A stretch of 64,000 nucleotides of DNA from Opitutia bacterium (GTDB taxonomy: Bacteria > Verrucomicrobiota > Verrucomicrobiia > Opitutales > T3Sed10-336). The notes under the pieces are model-generated. The model made no database searches, was not told the origin of the DNA, and worked only from the letters and a program-made list of their open reading frames with translations. Both the position numbers and the translations under genes were made by a program. Positions 11,580 to 22,300 of this stretch are shown piece after piece. The DNA lies in NCBI GenBank assembly GCA_050506795.1, contig JBJHCF010000028.1, positions 1-64,000 of the forward strand, written 5' to 3'. Within the stretch, counting starts at the first letter, position 1. Every line of letters begins with the position of its first letter.

Positions 11580-12152
11580 TTAGGTGACCAAAATGTTGCA
11601 AGAAAAAGTGGGAATGCATAATTTTTTCCGTGCACGATGAAGATTACAACGCACACTTCGATCTGCAAGCCCTTCTCTTGCAGCGATTTCAGAGATTTCA
11701 GTTCCTTTTATCACACGGGCGACCAAAATGCGAAACTCCCGCTCCGTCAGGCACGCCCCCAGTCGTTTCCAAATTTCATCCTCGTCACCTCCCAGCAAGA
11801 TTCTCGAAAACTCCCATTCGGTTCGGTCGAGGTAAAGGCTATCCAACTCGGCAGAATCAAGTGGTTCATGGCGCCTTTTATATCGGAGCAAATCCAGCGC
11901 CTTGTGTCGAACCGCCTTATTGAGGATCGGCCATACCTGATGAGGAGCCCTTAACGATGAAATCTTTTCACCAAGATAAAGGAAGGTCTTCTGGGTTATA
12001 TCCCAGGCATCGACTTCCCCCACATAATGGCAGGCGCATCTTCTGCACCGGTCATAATATCTCGCACAGAAGATCGAGAGGACCATGCCGGGTTCTCCGC
12101 TACTTTGAGCGTGACGGACCAATCGGGGGTCATCCCATCGTTCCATATTCAT
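11580..12152 (-). CDS. ECF-type RNA polymerase sigma factor
   Basis: Region 2 DAWDITQKTFL...KALDLLR; region 4 LTEREFRIL...SEIAAREG...VRCNLHRARKKL; SD AAGGAG upstream of ATG. Confidence 0.85.
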   Translation of the reverse strand: MNMERWDDPRLVRHAQSSGEPGMVLSIFCARYYDRCRRCACHYVGEVDAWDITQKTFLYLGEKISSLRAPHQVWPILNKAVRHKALDLLRYKRRHEPLDSAELDSLYLDRTEWEFSRILLGGDEDEIWKRLGACLTEREFRILVARVIKGTEISEIAAREGLADRSVRCNLHRARKKLCIPTFSCNILVT

Positions 12153-12754
12153 AAGCGTCTCCTTTAGCTAGGAGTGCAGTTTTCCGGATGCCCAGTAGTC
12201 GCTCCCATCCACTCTTGCCCAAAACAACTTGGTGAAAGAGTATGTAAGTGAGTAGCTGGGTGGGCATGCACACATACTTCCATCCACTCTCTCCGAGGCT
12301 CGAGCGCATGGGGATTCGAAAACGAACGGAATACAGGCTTATGTTGTGGTGTAAATGGAAAGTAGCAAGACAGCTTTATGGATGCTCTAACGAATTCCGG
12401 CAGGAGTCAACATTAAAAATCGCCGCAATGATTCGCGTACTCGAATAAGACCTTAAGGGGTTCGAAATATAGCGGACGATCATTCGCAATCAGCGTGCCT
12501 TTCGGGAGCCTCGCCATTTCTTATCGGTTTCCAGTGCCCAACTGTGGAGCGATCGAAATACTTTTCAAAGTAGGTCTGTACTTCAACCGGACCTCGGGTG
12601 CCGAGGAAACGAGTTCCTTTCGCTTGCGCACTCGCGCCCGCCGAAAACACGTAGCGCCGCGCTTCAGCCGGCGTTGGGACCGCAGACAATAGGCACGCCA
12701 TCTCCGAGTTCCGCAATGGTCCCGCTGAAGCAGGGACCTACTTGTATCCGAAAT

Positions 12755-14257
12755 TCAGTACCTTCGAAGGAGCTCGAGTAATCGGCGATCGAGGTGGTGA
12801 CCGTTAAAGGACTCGTAGTCGACATCGCTTCGGTTCGAATCGACGATACCGAACGAGCCGCGAAGATTCCAAAGTGCCCAGCCGAAACCGGCTTCCTGCC
12901 ACAAGCTCAGGAAATCTTCCGCCCAACGCAAAACTACGGCGTGCGGCGTCTGGTTGTGGGCTCCCCACTCGCCCACATGCACGCCCACGCCTTGACGCTG
13001 AAGTTCCAGCCAGGGCGCGATCCGGTTCGCCCGCAACCAGGAGGCGTCGATCGATTCCGGAGGAATAAACCCCGAACCCGCCGCATTCGGATCAAACCGA
13101 ATCACCCCTTCCTGAGGTTCGCCCCAGGCCGAGGTTTGCAGGGACAGAGAGTATTCCCGCGTTCCATTCGACTCCCCCAATCCCACCTGGGTCACCGTCA
13201 TCCAATCCCCTTCCGCATTGAGAATCTCAATACGTTTTGTCCCGGAAGGAATCTCCGCCAGGTAGTCGCGGTCATAAAAGTTCTGATACACGTTCCACTC
13301 CTCCGCGTGAACCACCTGGCTCCACTCGCCTTCACCGGAGCCGGGGACAAAGTCATTCTCAAAAACGACATTGCCGTCCGCCCGGATCTCCAGGCGCGAT
13401 CGGTTGGAAACCTGCCCCACCCGCACCCGGATCCGCCGTATCCCTTCGAAATTTCCCTCCAGGACCAGCGGCGCCTGCCATTCGGACCGGAAGGAGCCGA
13501 ACAACCTCCCGTTGACCCGCGGGACCGGCCACTGCGGTTCCGGATAGCGGTCGGAACCCGGCACCCAGGAGGCGTGGTAATGGGAAATCTCCATGGGCTC
13601 GTAGCCTCGCGTGGACTGGGCGATGCCCGACCCGAGCAGAGAGTGAATGGGGTCGCGACCCCAATTCAAGCCATCGGTTATTATCAAGCGCTCCGGATCT
13701 TCTTCGCGGATGGCGTCGATGGCGCCGCTTACGGCGCCCAGGTAGGTTTCCTCGTCGATTTCGGCCGGTTCGTTGACCAGGTTGAAGCTGACCCGGTTCG
13801 ATGAAATCCCGCGATAGCGCCGCGCGAACCGGCGCCACTGGAACGCGAACTGCCGTTGCATTTCCTCATCGTGCCAAAGGCTGGTCTGGTGCCTCACCGA
13901 AGCGTTGACCGTGAACCCCGGCGCGTTGTGCAGGTTGAGGCTGACGTGAATCCCATACCCTCGCCCGTACTCCACGGCCTCGTCGATATGCTCCAGCACC
14001 TCCTCGCTCAGCCGATAAGGGTCCTCCGACGAGGTCCACTGCTGATAATCCAACGGCAGGCGCACAAAATCGAATCCCCAGTCGCTAATCCACTGGAAGT
14101 CGGTTTCGCGGAAACGTTGGTTGCGGTAAAACTTCTCCAGCAGGTTGAACCCTCGCCAACGGGGCAGGCTGCGGGCCGTGACCCGCGACTCGCCCAGCAA
14201 CTCCCGTCCCGCCAGAACGGAAGCGGCCGCGGCGACCAGAAATTCGCGACGATTCAT
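12755..14257 (-). CDS. Tat-exported glycoside hydrolase family 5 (GH5_36-like) with an inserted domain
   Basis: NRREFL twin-arginine signal; LPRWRGFNLLEKF; FVRLP; acid/base NEP; nucleophile VGEWG; WALWNLRGSFG. Confidence 0.9.
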   Translation of the reverse strand: MNRREFLVAAAASVLAGRELLGESRVTARSLPRWRGFNLLEKFYRNQRFRETDFQWISDWGFDFVRLPLDYQQWTSSEDPYRLSEEVLEHIDEAVEYGRGYGIHVSLNLHNAPGFTVNASVRHQTSLWHDEEMQRQFAFQWRRFARRYRGISSNRVSFNLVNEPAEIDEETYLGAVSGAIDAIREEDPERLIITDGLNWGRDPIHSLLGSGIAQSTRGYEPMEISHYHASWVPGSDRYPEPQWPVPRVNGRLFGSFRSEWQAPLVLEGNFEGIRRIRVRVGQVSNRSRLEIRADGNVVFENDFVPGSGEGEWSQVVHAEEWNVYQNFYDRDYLAEIPSGTKRIEILNAEGDWMTVTQVGLGESNGTREYSLSLQTSAWGEPQEGVIRFDPNAAGSGFIPPESIDASWLRANRIAPWLELQRQGVGVHVGEWGAHNQTPHAVVLRWAEDFLSLWQEAGFGWALWNLRGSFGIVDSNRSDVDYESFNGHHLDRRLLELLRRY

Positions 14258-14314
14258 CCTGAAGCCGGAGACTAACCTGCCGGCCGTTCAGGGCAATGGA
14301 AATCGAAAGGACGC

Positions 14315-17300
14315 CTACTCCACATGCATGATGCCTTGCATGATGCGCCAGTGTCCGGGAATGGTGCAGACGTAAGGATACTCACCCGGTTCGCCGGGCG
14401 CGGTAAACACCATCTCGTACACCTCGTCGGGGTCAAGGATAGGCGACGCCTCCCAAACATGCGGCGTGTCCGGCACGTACTCCCGGGCGCGCGCGCCGGT
14501 CTGAGTCGCCATTTCATCCGCCAGACGGCCGACTTCGGCCAGGGTTCCCGGCTGGATGAAAAGAATGTTGTGCTCCATGTGGTCGGTGTTGCGGAAGATC
14601 AGGTGCACCGTCTGTCCCGCCTCCACCCGGAACTCCTCCAGGTCGAAACGAAGAATGCCTTCCACTACCCCGATCTCGACCGTAATGGCGTCGTCGGGGA
14701 TTTCGAGAACGTCCGCCTCGGTCAGGTCGACACCGGCATCGGTCGCGTGGGCCCGCACCATGGCAAATACCTCCGGCAGCCCGGCGGTTGCTGCGCCCAG
14801 GTGGTAGAGAAACGGATCGGAAATCCACATCGTCCCGGCCGACTGTCCCCACCCTCCCAATACGGCGCTGAATTGAAAGGTGCCGTTGTTGGGCTGGGTG
14901 TATTCAACCTCCAGGTACCGCCAGTCGTTGCCGTCGTCGCCAACCGCCGGTGTGCGGCTTTCGACCATCGGTCCGCCGTGGATATTGAACTGGGCGCCCC
15001 GACCGCCTCGGTTGTCCAGATCCCGCGTGCGGACCCATCCGCCCAGACGATACCGCTGACCCGCCTGCAGGCGCACATCGGTCAGCCAACTTGCGTCGGC
15101 GCCGTTGGCCGAGTGGATGCCCAGAGCATTGCCGCCATCGCGTCCCTCCCCTTCCCGCAGTTCGAAACGGGCCGAACCGCCGTAGGTGTTGGTGCGCCAG
15201 CCGACAGGACTGCCGTTGCGGATGTTCTCAAAGGTCGGATTGCGCAAAAGATTCCCGTATTCTTCTTCCTCTTCGTCGTCCTCACCGAATCCCGCGGATC
15301 TCGCCGCGGCCAGGAATCCGGCGGCGTGTTGCGAACCGGCGATAACCGCCGCCTGCCGCAACCAGGGGTCCTGCGCGGCGCTTTCTTCGTCGCGGAGGGA
15401 AACAAACACCGCACGACCGATTTCGTCCGCAGGCGGCATCACCGCCAGGGCCAGGAGGGCGTCCTTGCGCACCTTGAAAGAATCGTCGTTGAGCACCCCC
15501 GCCCGCAGGAGCAGGTCGCGGGTCGCCGAATTTTCCGGAAGCACCTGGATCGCATTGCGACGCACCGCCCAGCAAGGATGCGACAACGCCTCGCGCACGG
15601 CAGCCAGGGCTTCGCCGGATCCGTTGTCGTGGCCGTGGGAATGCATGTGGTGCGACGCCTCCAGTAATCCCAGACCGTGCATCGTCCACAAGGCGTGCAC
15701 CGCGCCGGGATTTAAACCGATCTCATCGACGGACCGGTCTTGAACCCGCTCGATGAGCGCAGGCAGAACATCGGTTTCTCCCCTCTCCACCAGCAACCGC
15801 TGGGCATGCAGCCGCCAACGCAGGTTGTGGTGTCCGAGGGTTTCCACCAGCTTCTCAGGGCCGGCATTGTGCAGAGTAAACGGCTCGTAGGGTTCAGCCT
15901 CTTCCCAGACAATGCGGTAAATGCGGCCGTGTTCCACATCGCGCAGTTCGGAAGGATAGGCGTTGCCCGGACCGTGCGGCACGGACGGCACTCCGGCGCC
16001 CACCACGTTGTGGGCGATCACGTGATTGTACCAGTCGGCCACCCAGACATGGCCGTCGGGACCCACCTTGGTCGTCACCGGGGCGAACCACTGGTCGTCG
16101 CTGGCCACCAGGTTGTTGGGATTGGTCGTGCGGTAGGTGGTGCCGTCCGGCTCGTAGATAAACTGGCTGGCGGCGTAACCGGTGGGGTCGCTGACAAAGC
16201 CGATCCGGTTCCAGTAACGTTCCGGATAGGTCCGGGCGGTGTACAGTTCCTGACCGGCCGCCGAGGTATAGCCCCCGATAAAATCGATCTGCCGGAACAT
16301 GTCGGTGACGATGATCATCCGCTGGTCCTCAATCAGGCGTTCCGTATTGGTCGGGCTCAACTGGCTGGTAAGCTCGTAATAGCGGTTGGCAAACGGCAAA
16401 AAGGTGGTGGGATTTCCGTTGGCCGTGGAAATGAAGGTGCTTCCGTCTTCGCCGAAACCGAGCCCCCAGGTGTTGTTGTTGGTGGAACGCAGGAACTCGA
16501 AACGGGAAGCGTCGGGGTTGAAGCGGTGCGCGCCCTGACGGAAGGCGAACTGCTCGCCGCCGATTTCTCCCCGAAAGCCATCGTAACCCTGGGCGCCCCA
16601 GATCCAGTTGTCGAAACCGTAGAAGAGATTGTTGGGACCGGCGTGGGTGTCGGATTGCCGCCACCCGTCGAAAAGCACGGTCCACTCGTCGGCCTGGTCA
16701 TCTCCGGTGGTATCCCGCAGAAAAAGGGTCTGTGGCGCCTGGTGCACGATCACCCCGCCGTTGGCGAAGACAAAACTGGTGGGGATATTCAAGCCGTCGG
16801 CGAAAATGGTCACCTTGTCCGCCCGTCCGTCACCGGTGGTGTCTTCCAGAATACGGATCTGGTCGTTGCCCACGCCCACTTCGGGCATCAGGTCGTTGGG
16901 GTAGTCCTCCGTGACAATCACCCAGAGCCGGCCGCGTTCGTCCCAGTTCATGTCCATGGGATTGTAAACGTCCGGTTCGGCCGCGAACAATTCCACCCGA
17001 AAGCCGCCCGGAACCACCATGCGCCGCATGGAATCCTCCGGAGAAATCGGCAACTGCATCTCCTGCCAGTCCTCGATTCCCTGATCGCGGGCGCGCTGGG
17101 GCGGCGGGTAGGTCATGTCCTTGCCGATGGTTTCAAACGGCTGGTGCAGGGTGCGGTTCTCCAGAACCGTCTGCACATCCTGGCCGGCTGCCCAACGAAT
17201 GCCACGCTCCAGCAGGTCGTGAAAGCCGGGATGCTGCCACGTGCGGTGGTCGTGACCCCAGGCGGTGTAGAACACCCTCCCCTGCCCCTGTTCGCGGACC

Positions 17301-17947
17301 CAGGTCCAGGGCTCAAGTTCGCCGTTGGAACGCCGACGGTGGGTCAGCACGGTGCGCCCCTCTTCGTTGTGGTTCTGGTGAATGTAGGTTTCATCCCAGC
17401 TCTCGAACGGCTCATACCCCCGCATGATTTCATGATCGGGTTCCGCCACTTCAGTCGTCATCACCCCGGCTCCGTGGGAAAGAAACTGTGCTCCCACCAG
17501 GCGTATATAAGCGTCACGCAGTTCCGGATCGCCCCCCAAGAAACAGCCGCAGGCCGAGTGAATCGGCACAAAACCGCCGCCGTTCTCCACATAGTCGAAA
17601 AGCGCTTGCGCCTGCTCCTCCGACTCGAAGGCGTCGATGTTTCCGTAGAGGAAAACCGCGTCGTAATAACGAAGCACCTCATCACTGAGATCGTTCAGAT
17701 CCTCAGTGTAATAAAGGGAAATATTGCGATCGAGCATCGGCGGCGCCAGATCCCTCAATCGCTGCACCGGAACGTGGATACCGCCGCTGCCCAGAAACAG
17801 CACATGCAGCCGCTCCGGCTCATCGGCCCGCACCGGGCTCGAGGCCACGTCAGCCGAAATCGCCACCCCAAAAAACAGAGCGTACCCCGCCACGGCCAAT
17901 GAAACCGAACGCCGGAAACCACAAAACAACAGGTACTTCAAACACAT
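14315..17947 (-). CDS. ThuA + PVC-type membrane-bound dehydrogenase propeller + HEAT-like repeats + CBM-like + azurin-type cupredoxin fusion
   Basis: ThuA (GQGRVFYTAWGH); VPGGFRVELFAAEP..NPMDMNWDERGRLWV, DTTGDGRADK, DTHAGPNNL, NNTWG, GRIYRI; C-terminal HNILF...CTIPGHWRIM copper site. Confidence 0.88.
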   Translation of the reverse strand: MCLKYLLFCGFRRSVSLAVAGYALFFGVAISADVASSPVRADEPERLHVLFLGSGGIHVPVQRLRDLAPPMLDRNISLYYTEDLNDLSDEVLRYYDAVFLYGNIDAFESEEQAQALFDYVENGGGFVPIHSACGCFLGGDPELRDAYIRLVGAQFLSHGAGVMTTEVAEPDHEIMRGYEPFESWDETYIHQNHNEEGRTVLTHRRRSNGELEPWTWVREQGQGRVFYTAWGHDHRTWQHPGFHDLLERGIRWAAGQDVQTVLENRTLHQPFETIGKDMTYPPPQRARDQGIEDWQEMQLPISPEDSMRRMVVPGGFRVELFAAEPDVYNPMDMNWDERGRLWVIVTEDYPNDLMPEVGVGNDQIRILEDTTGDGRADKVTIFADGLNIPTSFVFANGGVIVHQAPQTLFLRDTTGDDQADEWTVLFDGWRQSDTHAGPNNLFYGFDNWIWGAQGYDGFRGEIGGEQFAFRQGAHRFNPDASRFEFLRSTNNNTWGLGFGEDGSTFISTANGNPTTFLPFANRYYELTSQLSPTNTERLIEDQRMIIVTDMFRQIDFIGGYTSAAGQELYTARTYPERYWNRIGFVSDPTGYAASQFIYEPDGTTYRTTNPNNLVASDDQWFAPVTTKVGPDGHVWVADWYNHVIAHNVVGAGVPSVPHGPGNAYPSELRDVEHGRIYRIVWEEAEPYEPFTLHNAGPEKLVETLGHHNLRWRLHAQRLLVERGETDVLPALIERVQDRSVDEIGLNPGAVHALWTMHGLGLLEASHHMHSHGHDNGSGEALAAVREALSHPCWAVRRNAIQVLPENSATRDLLLRAGVLNDDSFKVRKDALLALAVMPPADEIGRAVFVSLRDEESAAQDPWLRQAAVIAGSQHAAGFLAAARSAGFGEDDEEEEEYGNLLRNPTFENIRNGSPVGWRTNTYGGSARFELREGEGRDGGNALGIHSANGADASWLTDVRLQAGQRYRLGGWVRTRDLDNRGGRGAQFNIHGGPMVESRTPAVGDDGNDWRYLEVEYTQPNNGTFQFSAVLGGWGQSAGTMWISDPFLYHLGAATAGLPEVFAMVRAHATDAGVDLTEADVLEIPDDAITVEIGVVEGILRFDLEEFRVEAGQTVHLIFRNTDHMEHNILFIQPGTLAEVGRLADEMATQTGARAREYVPDTPHVWEASPILDPDEVYEMVFTAPGEPGEYPYVCTIPGHWRIMQGIMHVE

Positions 17948-18205
17948 ATCACTTAAGTATATTAGATAGATTTATCGGCTAAAACAGATATATGATTTGG
18001 CCGCTTCGGAACCAAGTCAAGAAATCCGGGATTTGACCGGAATAATGGCAGGATGAGTGCCATTTGGACCAGCGCCCCGGGAAAGCCAAATTCGGAACCC
18101 TTCCCCCGTCCACCTGTCCCATCGGTCTAATTCACTTGATTAAAATCGCTTATTGACCTGCAAAACCGAAACTCACACCAACCCTCCAAAAAAGGAACTG
18201 AAACC

Positions 18206-19267
18206 ATGGGGAAAAACTCATTTTGTCACCTCCGCCTGATCGCCACCGCCATGGCGGGAATTACGATCGCCGGCAACACTTTCGCCCAGGAAGGCAATAG
18301 CGAAGGATCCGCTTCCGCCGATCTGCCGGCTCTTTTGGACATTCACGAATGGCCGGTGCCCTGGTCCAACACCCGTCCCCGGGATCCGGACATGGCTCCG
18401 GACGGCTCGGTCTGGTTCGTTGGCCAGCAGGGCGATTACGTGGCTCGGCTCAACCCGGAATCGGGCGAAATGGAACGCTTCGACATTCCCAACGCCGGTC
18501 CGCATACTGTAATTGTCGATGCCGACGGGTATCCCTGGTACGCGGGCAACCGCGATCGTCACATCGGTAAGATCGATCCCGAATCGGGCGAAGTCACGCG
18601 CTACGACATGCCCGAAGGCGTCAACGATCCGCACACCATGGGCTGGACCTCGGACGGCAACATCTGGTTCACCGTGCAGCGCTCCGGCCAGGCGGGTTAT
18701 ATCGGCAAGCTTTCGACCGCCACCGGAGAAGTAGAGATCATTGAAGTCCCCGGAAGCGGAATGCGGCCGTATGGTCTGGTGGTCGATGCCAACGACCGCC
18801 CCTGGATCGCCTTCATGGGCCGCAACGCCATTGGCACGGTCGACCCGGAAACCATGGAGTTGGCCATTCACGTAACCCCGGACGAAGGCAGCCGCATCCG
18901 GCGCATCGGTGTCACCTCGGACGGACGCGTCTGGTGGGTGGACGCCGCCCGCGGTTTCTTCGGAGTTTACAATCCGGAAGACGGCTCCATGCAGCAATGG
19001 CTTTCCCCCGGCGGCCAAAGGACTTCGCTTTACGCCCTCGCCGTGGACGCGGAAGACCGAGTCTGGTACGTCGAAAGCGGCTTGAATCCGAACCGCTTCA
19101 TCGGCTTCAACACAAATTCGGAGGAATTCATTTCCATCAACGAGGTCCCCTCCGGCGGAGGCTCGGTGCGTCACATGATCTTCGACCCCGGCACCAACGC
19201 CATCTGGTTCGGCACCGACACCCACACCATCGGCCGGGCAGCCGTGCCGTCGGGTCACGGACCGTAG
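18206..19267 (+). CDS. Secreted Vgb-family (virginiamycin B lyase-like) beta-propeller
   Basis: Signal peptide (TFA-QE); EWPVPW..TRPRDP..APDGSVWFVGQ; repeated ~42-aa blades; VRHMIFD...IWFGTDTHTIGR. Confidence 0.8.
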   Translation: MGKNSFCHLRLIATAMAGITIAGNTFAQEGNSEGSASADLPALLDIHEWPVPWSNTRPRDPDMAPDGSVWFVGQQGDYVARLNPESGEMERFDIPNAGPHTVIVDADGYPWYAGNRDRHIGKIDPESGEVTRYDMPEGVNDPHTMGWTSDGNIWFTVQRSGQAGYIGKLSTATGEVEIIEVPGSGMRPYGLVVDANDRPWIAFMGRNAIGTVDPETMELAIHVTPDEGSRIRRIGVTSDGRVWWVDAARGFFGVYNPEDGSMQQWLSPGGQRTSLYALAVDAEDRVWYVESGLNPNRFIGFNTNSEEFISINEVPSGGGSVRHMIFDPGTNAIWFGTDTHTIGRAAVPSGHGP

Positions 19268-19361
19268 TCGCGAAGGAGGACATCGAAGGCGGCGAGCCCG
19301 ATAATTTTCAATCGAAGCCGTTTACGAGGAGTACCCGTAGCGCCGCATGAAAAGCGGAGTG

Positions 19362-22300
19362 CTACTGGTTCTCTCTTTTTTCGACCCGGAGACGGAGAAA
19401 AAGACGCTGATCGTCGACCAACGGATCGCGAATACGCGCCACGACCCGTTCGGTATACCCGGCGTCTTCCACCACAACCCCTTCCAGGAACTCTTCCGCT
19501 GGCGTCCAGGTTTTCAAGTCAGTCGAAGTCTCGATGAGGTACTCGGCATCCACCGCCTCGTGCAGCCGATGGAAGATCAAATCTAGAAATCGGCCTTCGC
19601 CGCTCTCCGCAATGTCCAGGCGTGGCAACAGGGAACGATCGACCTCCCCGTCGCGCATTCCCACGGCATAACGCAAATAGTTCGGCACGCCCTTTTCACC
19701 AGCGTCTCCGTGAAGTCCGGTTCCTTCCGGATCATTGTTGCGTTCGGCCGCGGTGAAATAACCCTCTCTCCATCGATCGAAGGAGACCGGGGCGATAAAG
19801 AACACCGAGGCAATGGTCGAGGCCGCGGTGCCGTCGCCGTCGGCATTCCTGACCCGATTCGCCGGTAAATGTACGGTAACCTCGCCGTATTCCGCTGGAA
19901 TGACGCTCAACAGGTAATTCGCTCCCTCACCGGAAATCGATGCCCCCAGCGAGTTTTCAATCGTGAATTGATCGACCTGTGGGGGATTGACCGGAGCGCT
20001 GAAAGATATCTCAAAGTCGAGCGGATCATCCGAGGTTGGACCCTCGGGCGGCACAATTTCCACGCCGATCGCCGCGGTGCTAAACGACCATACCGGACTG
20101 AATGACGTCTGCTCGCCCCTGCGCATGACCACTTGCCAGTAATAGGTAACCCCTTTCTCCAAACCGGCAACAGGCAATTCCGGCTCCTCCACCGTGGCGT
20201 AAAAATCCTCCGGGGTGAGGTAGGGCGACGTGCCCAGGTAAACGTCGAATACGTCTCCGTCCACGACGTTCTCATTGGAATAAAACGCCGTAATGGAGGC
20301 GAAGTCGATAAAGACATTCAGAAACCCCTCGTTGTGTGTCTGCGAGAAAGCCAACCGGACCTGCCGGCCGGCATATTGGGTCAGGTCGGCAAGCCGGAAA
20401 TCCAGATTTCCCGAGCCGAAACTTCCCGGTTGAGTTGTGAACAGGGTTTCCAGGAGATCTCCATTGCTGGAGTACAAACGCGCCTGAAACTCCTGGGAGC
20501 CGGGATAATAGTCGCTGGCGTAATTGAAGATTTTGTGCGACCAGAACAATCGGATCTCGTTCGCCCCGTGAGGGAGATAAACATCCTGGTAAAGAGTAGC
20601 CGTTCCTTCCCCGTCGTGGTAGGACAAGGCGCTATACGGATTGGACATCGGAGGCTGAGGTTCCAAAGGCCCCGGAGGATCAAACGTGCCGTCATCCACT
20701 ACCCATCCCCCTTCGCCGGTCAATTCCCAGTCCCATCCGTGAAAATCGCCTGTCGAGAACCCCCCGTTGACGAGTAATTCCTGTGATCCGACCTCATTCC
20801 AAACGAGCAGCGGAGACGTGCCGACGAATTCACTGGCTCGGCCCGGAGACGGGTTGAACGGGCGGTCCGGAGGAGGAGGCAACACCAGCAAAGAAGCGTC
20901 GACAGCAGACCATCCGGACACCGAAGCCGTCACGGGCGCCCAAACTCCCTCGGCCGGGGGAATCAAAGACGACGCCGAAAACTCAAACACGGCGCTATTG
21001 TTTCCGCCCGCAATCACCACCGTTTCCGGAAGCGTCAACCAGCCCGGACCCTCCGTCGACAGGGTCACTGTTATCGAATTGGCGGCCGGTGCCGCGATCC
21101 GGACTTCCCCGGTCGCTATCACTTCGTGGGCCAGGCTATCCGGCAGCAAGAGCTCCAACCCTCCCTCTTCGTTGTCATGAATCACCATCGACGCCGACCC
21201 CGTCTCGAAACCGGCGGCGGAAGCGCTCACTGAAACCGTCTGGCTGCCATCCAGAATGTCGTTATCCACCACTTCGAGGTCGAAGGACACCGACGTCGCT
21301 CCCGCCGGCACCGTTACCTCTCCCGGATCCAAAAGCTTCGAATAATCGGAGGACACCAACGTGACGACCACGTCGAAGGCTTCCGCCTCTCCCAGACGCA
21401 CGGTACCGGCGCCCGCGAGAATGCCGTCACCCTCCGACGCCTCGCCGGGCAGCTCCACGAAAAGAGTCCCTTCGGAGCGCGATTCGAACGGAAGCTCCCA
21501 GTGGCGCAGCGACGGGTTTTCATCAACCTCGACGCTCGTGATTTCCAGAACAGGCGTAGTAAAGGATCTTACCGTGCGGGGACGAATCGTCACCGCGATC
21601 TCAGCCGTTTCCCCGGCGCCGAGGCTTTCGATGTAAACTTCGAAACTGCGATTCACCACTTGACTCGTTCCCATCGAGGTATCGACGGCGTCGATGTCGA
21701 GCCAGGTCCCGGCAGATGGCTGCGATATCGTTAATTGCGTGACCGGCTCGCCGCCCTCGTTTGCCAATTTTATGGTGTAGGTCCAGGTCATGCCCACGCG
21801 CATATCCGCCGGTGGATTCTCGATGGCCACAGCAAGGTTCGACCTGCCCGTCGATGTCACGGATGTATCCATAAACACAATCGAGCCTTCGCCGAGAAAT
21901 GCCAGGCGAGTTTCGTCCACTTGCAGCAAGGGCCCCGTCGGTTGGGAAAACCAGGGAATGGGAAGCCTGGAGGTCTGATCGAAAGTATCCGTATTATAGG
22001 CAAGGAGATCGCCGGCGCCGCGCAGAAAAACGGTGCGGCGACGCTCCTGGTCCAGCACAATGCCGTTTCTGAAGTTCTCCGGCGTTCCGTAGGTTCCAAT
22101 GAGTGTCGGGCCGGCCAGCGAGACCACCTCTCCGCCGCTCAGGTAAACTGTTCCGTTCACATTGATCGCCTGCCTTAAGCCTAGGTGCGTCGGCAGGAAA
22201 CCTCCGAGGTTCTCACGCAACCAAACTCCCGATTCGTCGATGGAATAGCTGCGAAGGTCCCGGCTGCGCACGCCGAAGATTTCGTCGGGTGTATGGGTGG

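Noticed and set aside
12248..12716. Small ORFs between the sigma factor and GH5
   Set aside because: No motifs or clear RBS; likely intergenic.
15740..17902. Long antisense ORFs (also 14324-15667, 38900-40792, 47593-49194, 3999-5237, 36501-37622)
   Set aside because: They shadow well-supported genes on the opposite strand, as expected in GC-rich DNA, and carry no motifs.
18046..18060. Sigma54-like site TGGCAGGATGAGTGC
   Set aside because: GG/GC spacing is right but there are two mismatches and no activator nearby; too weak to call.
18206..19267. Streptogramin B resistance gene (vgb)
   Set aside because: Only fold-level similarity; the signal peptide and context do not support a resistance call.
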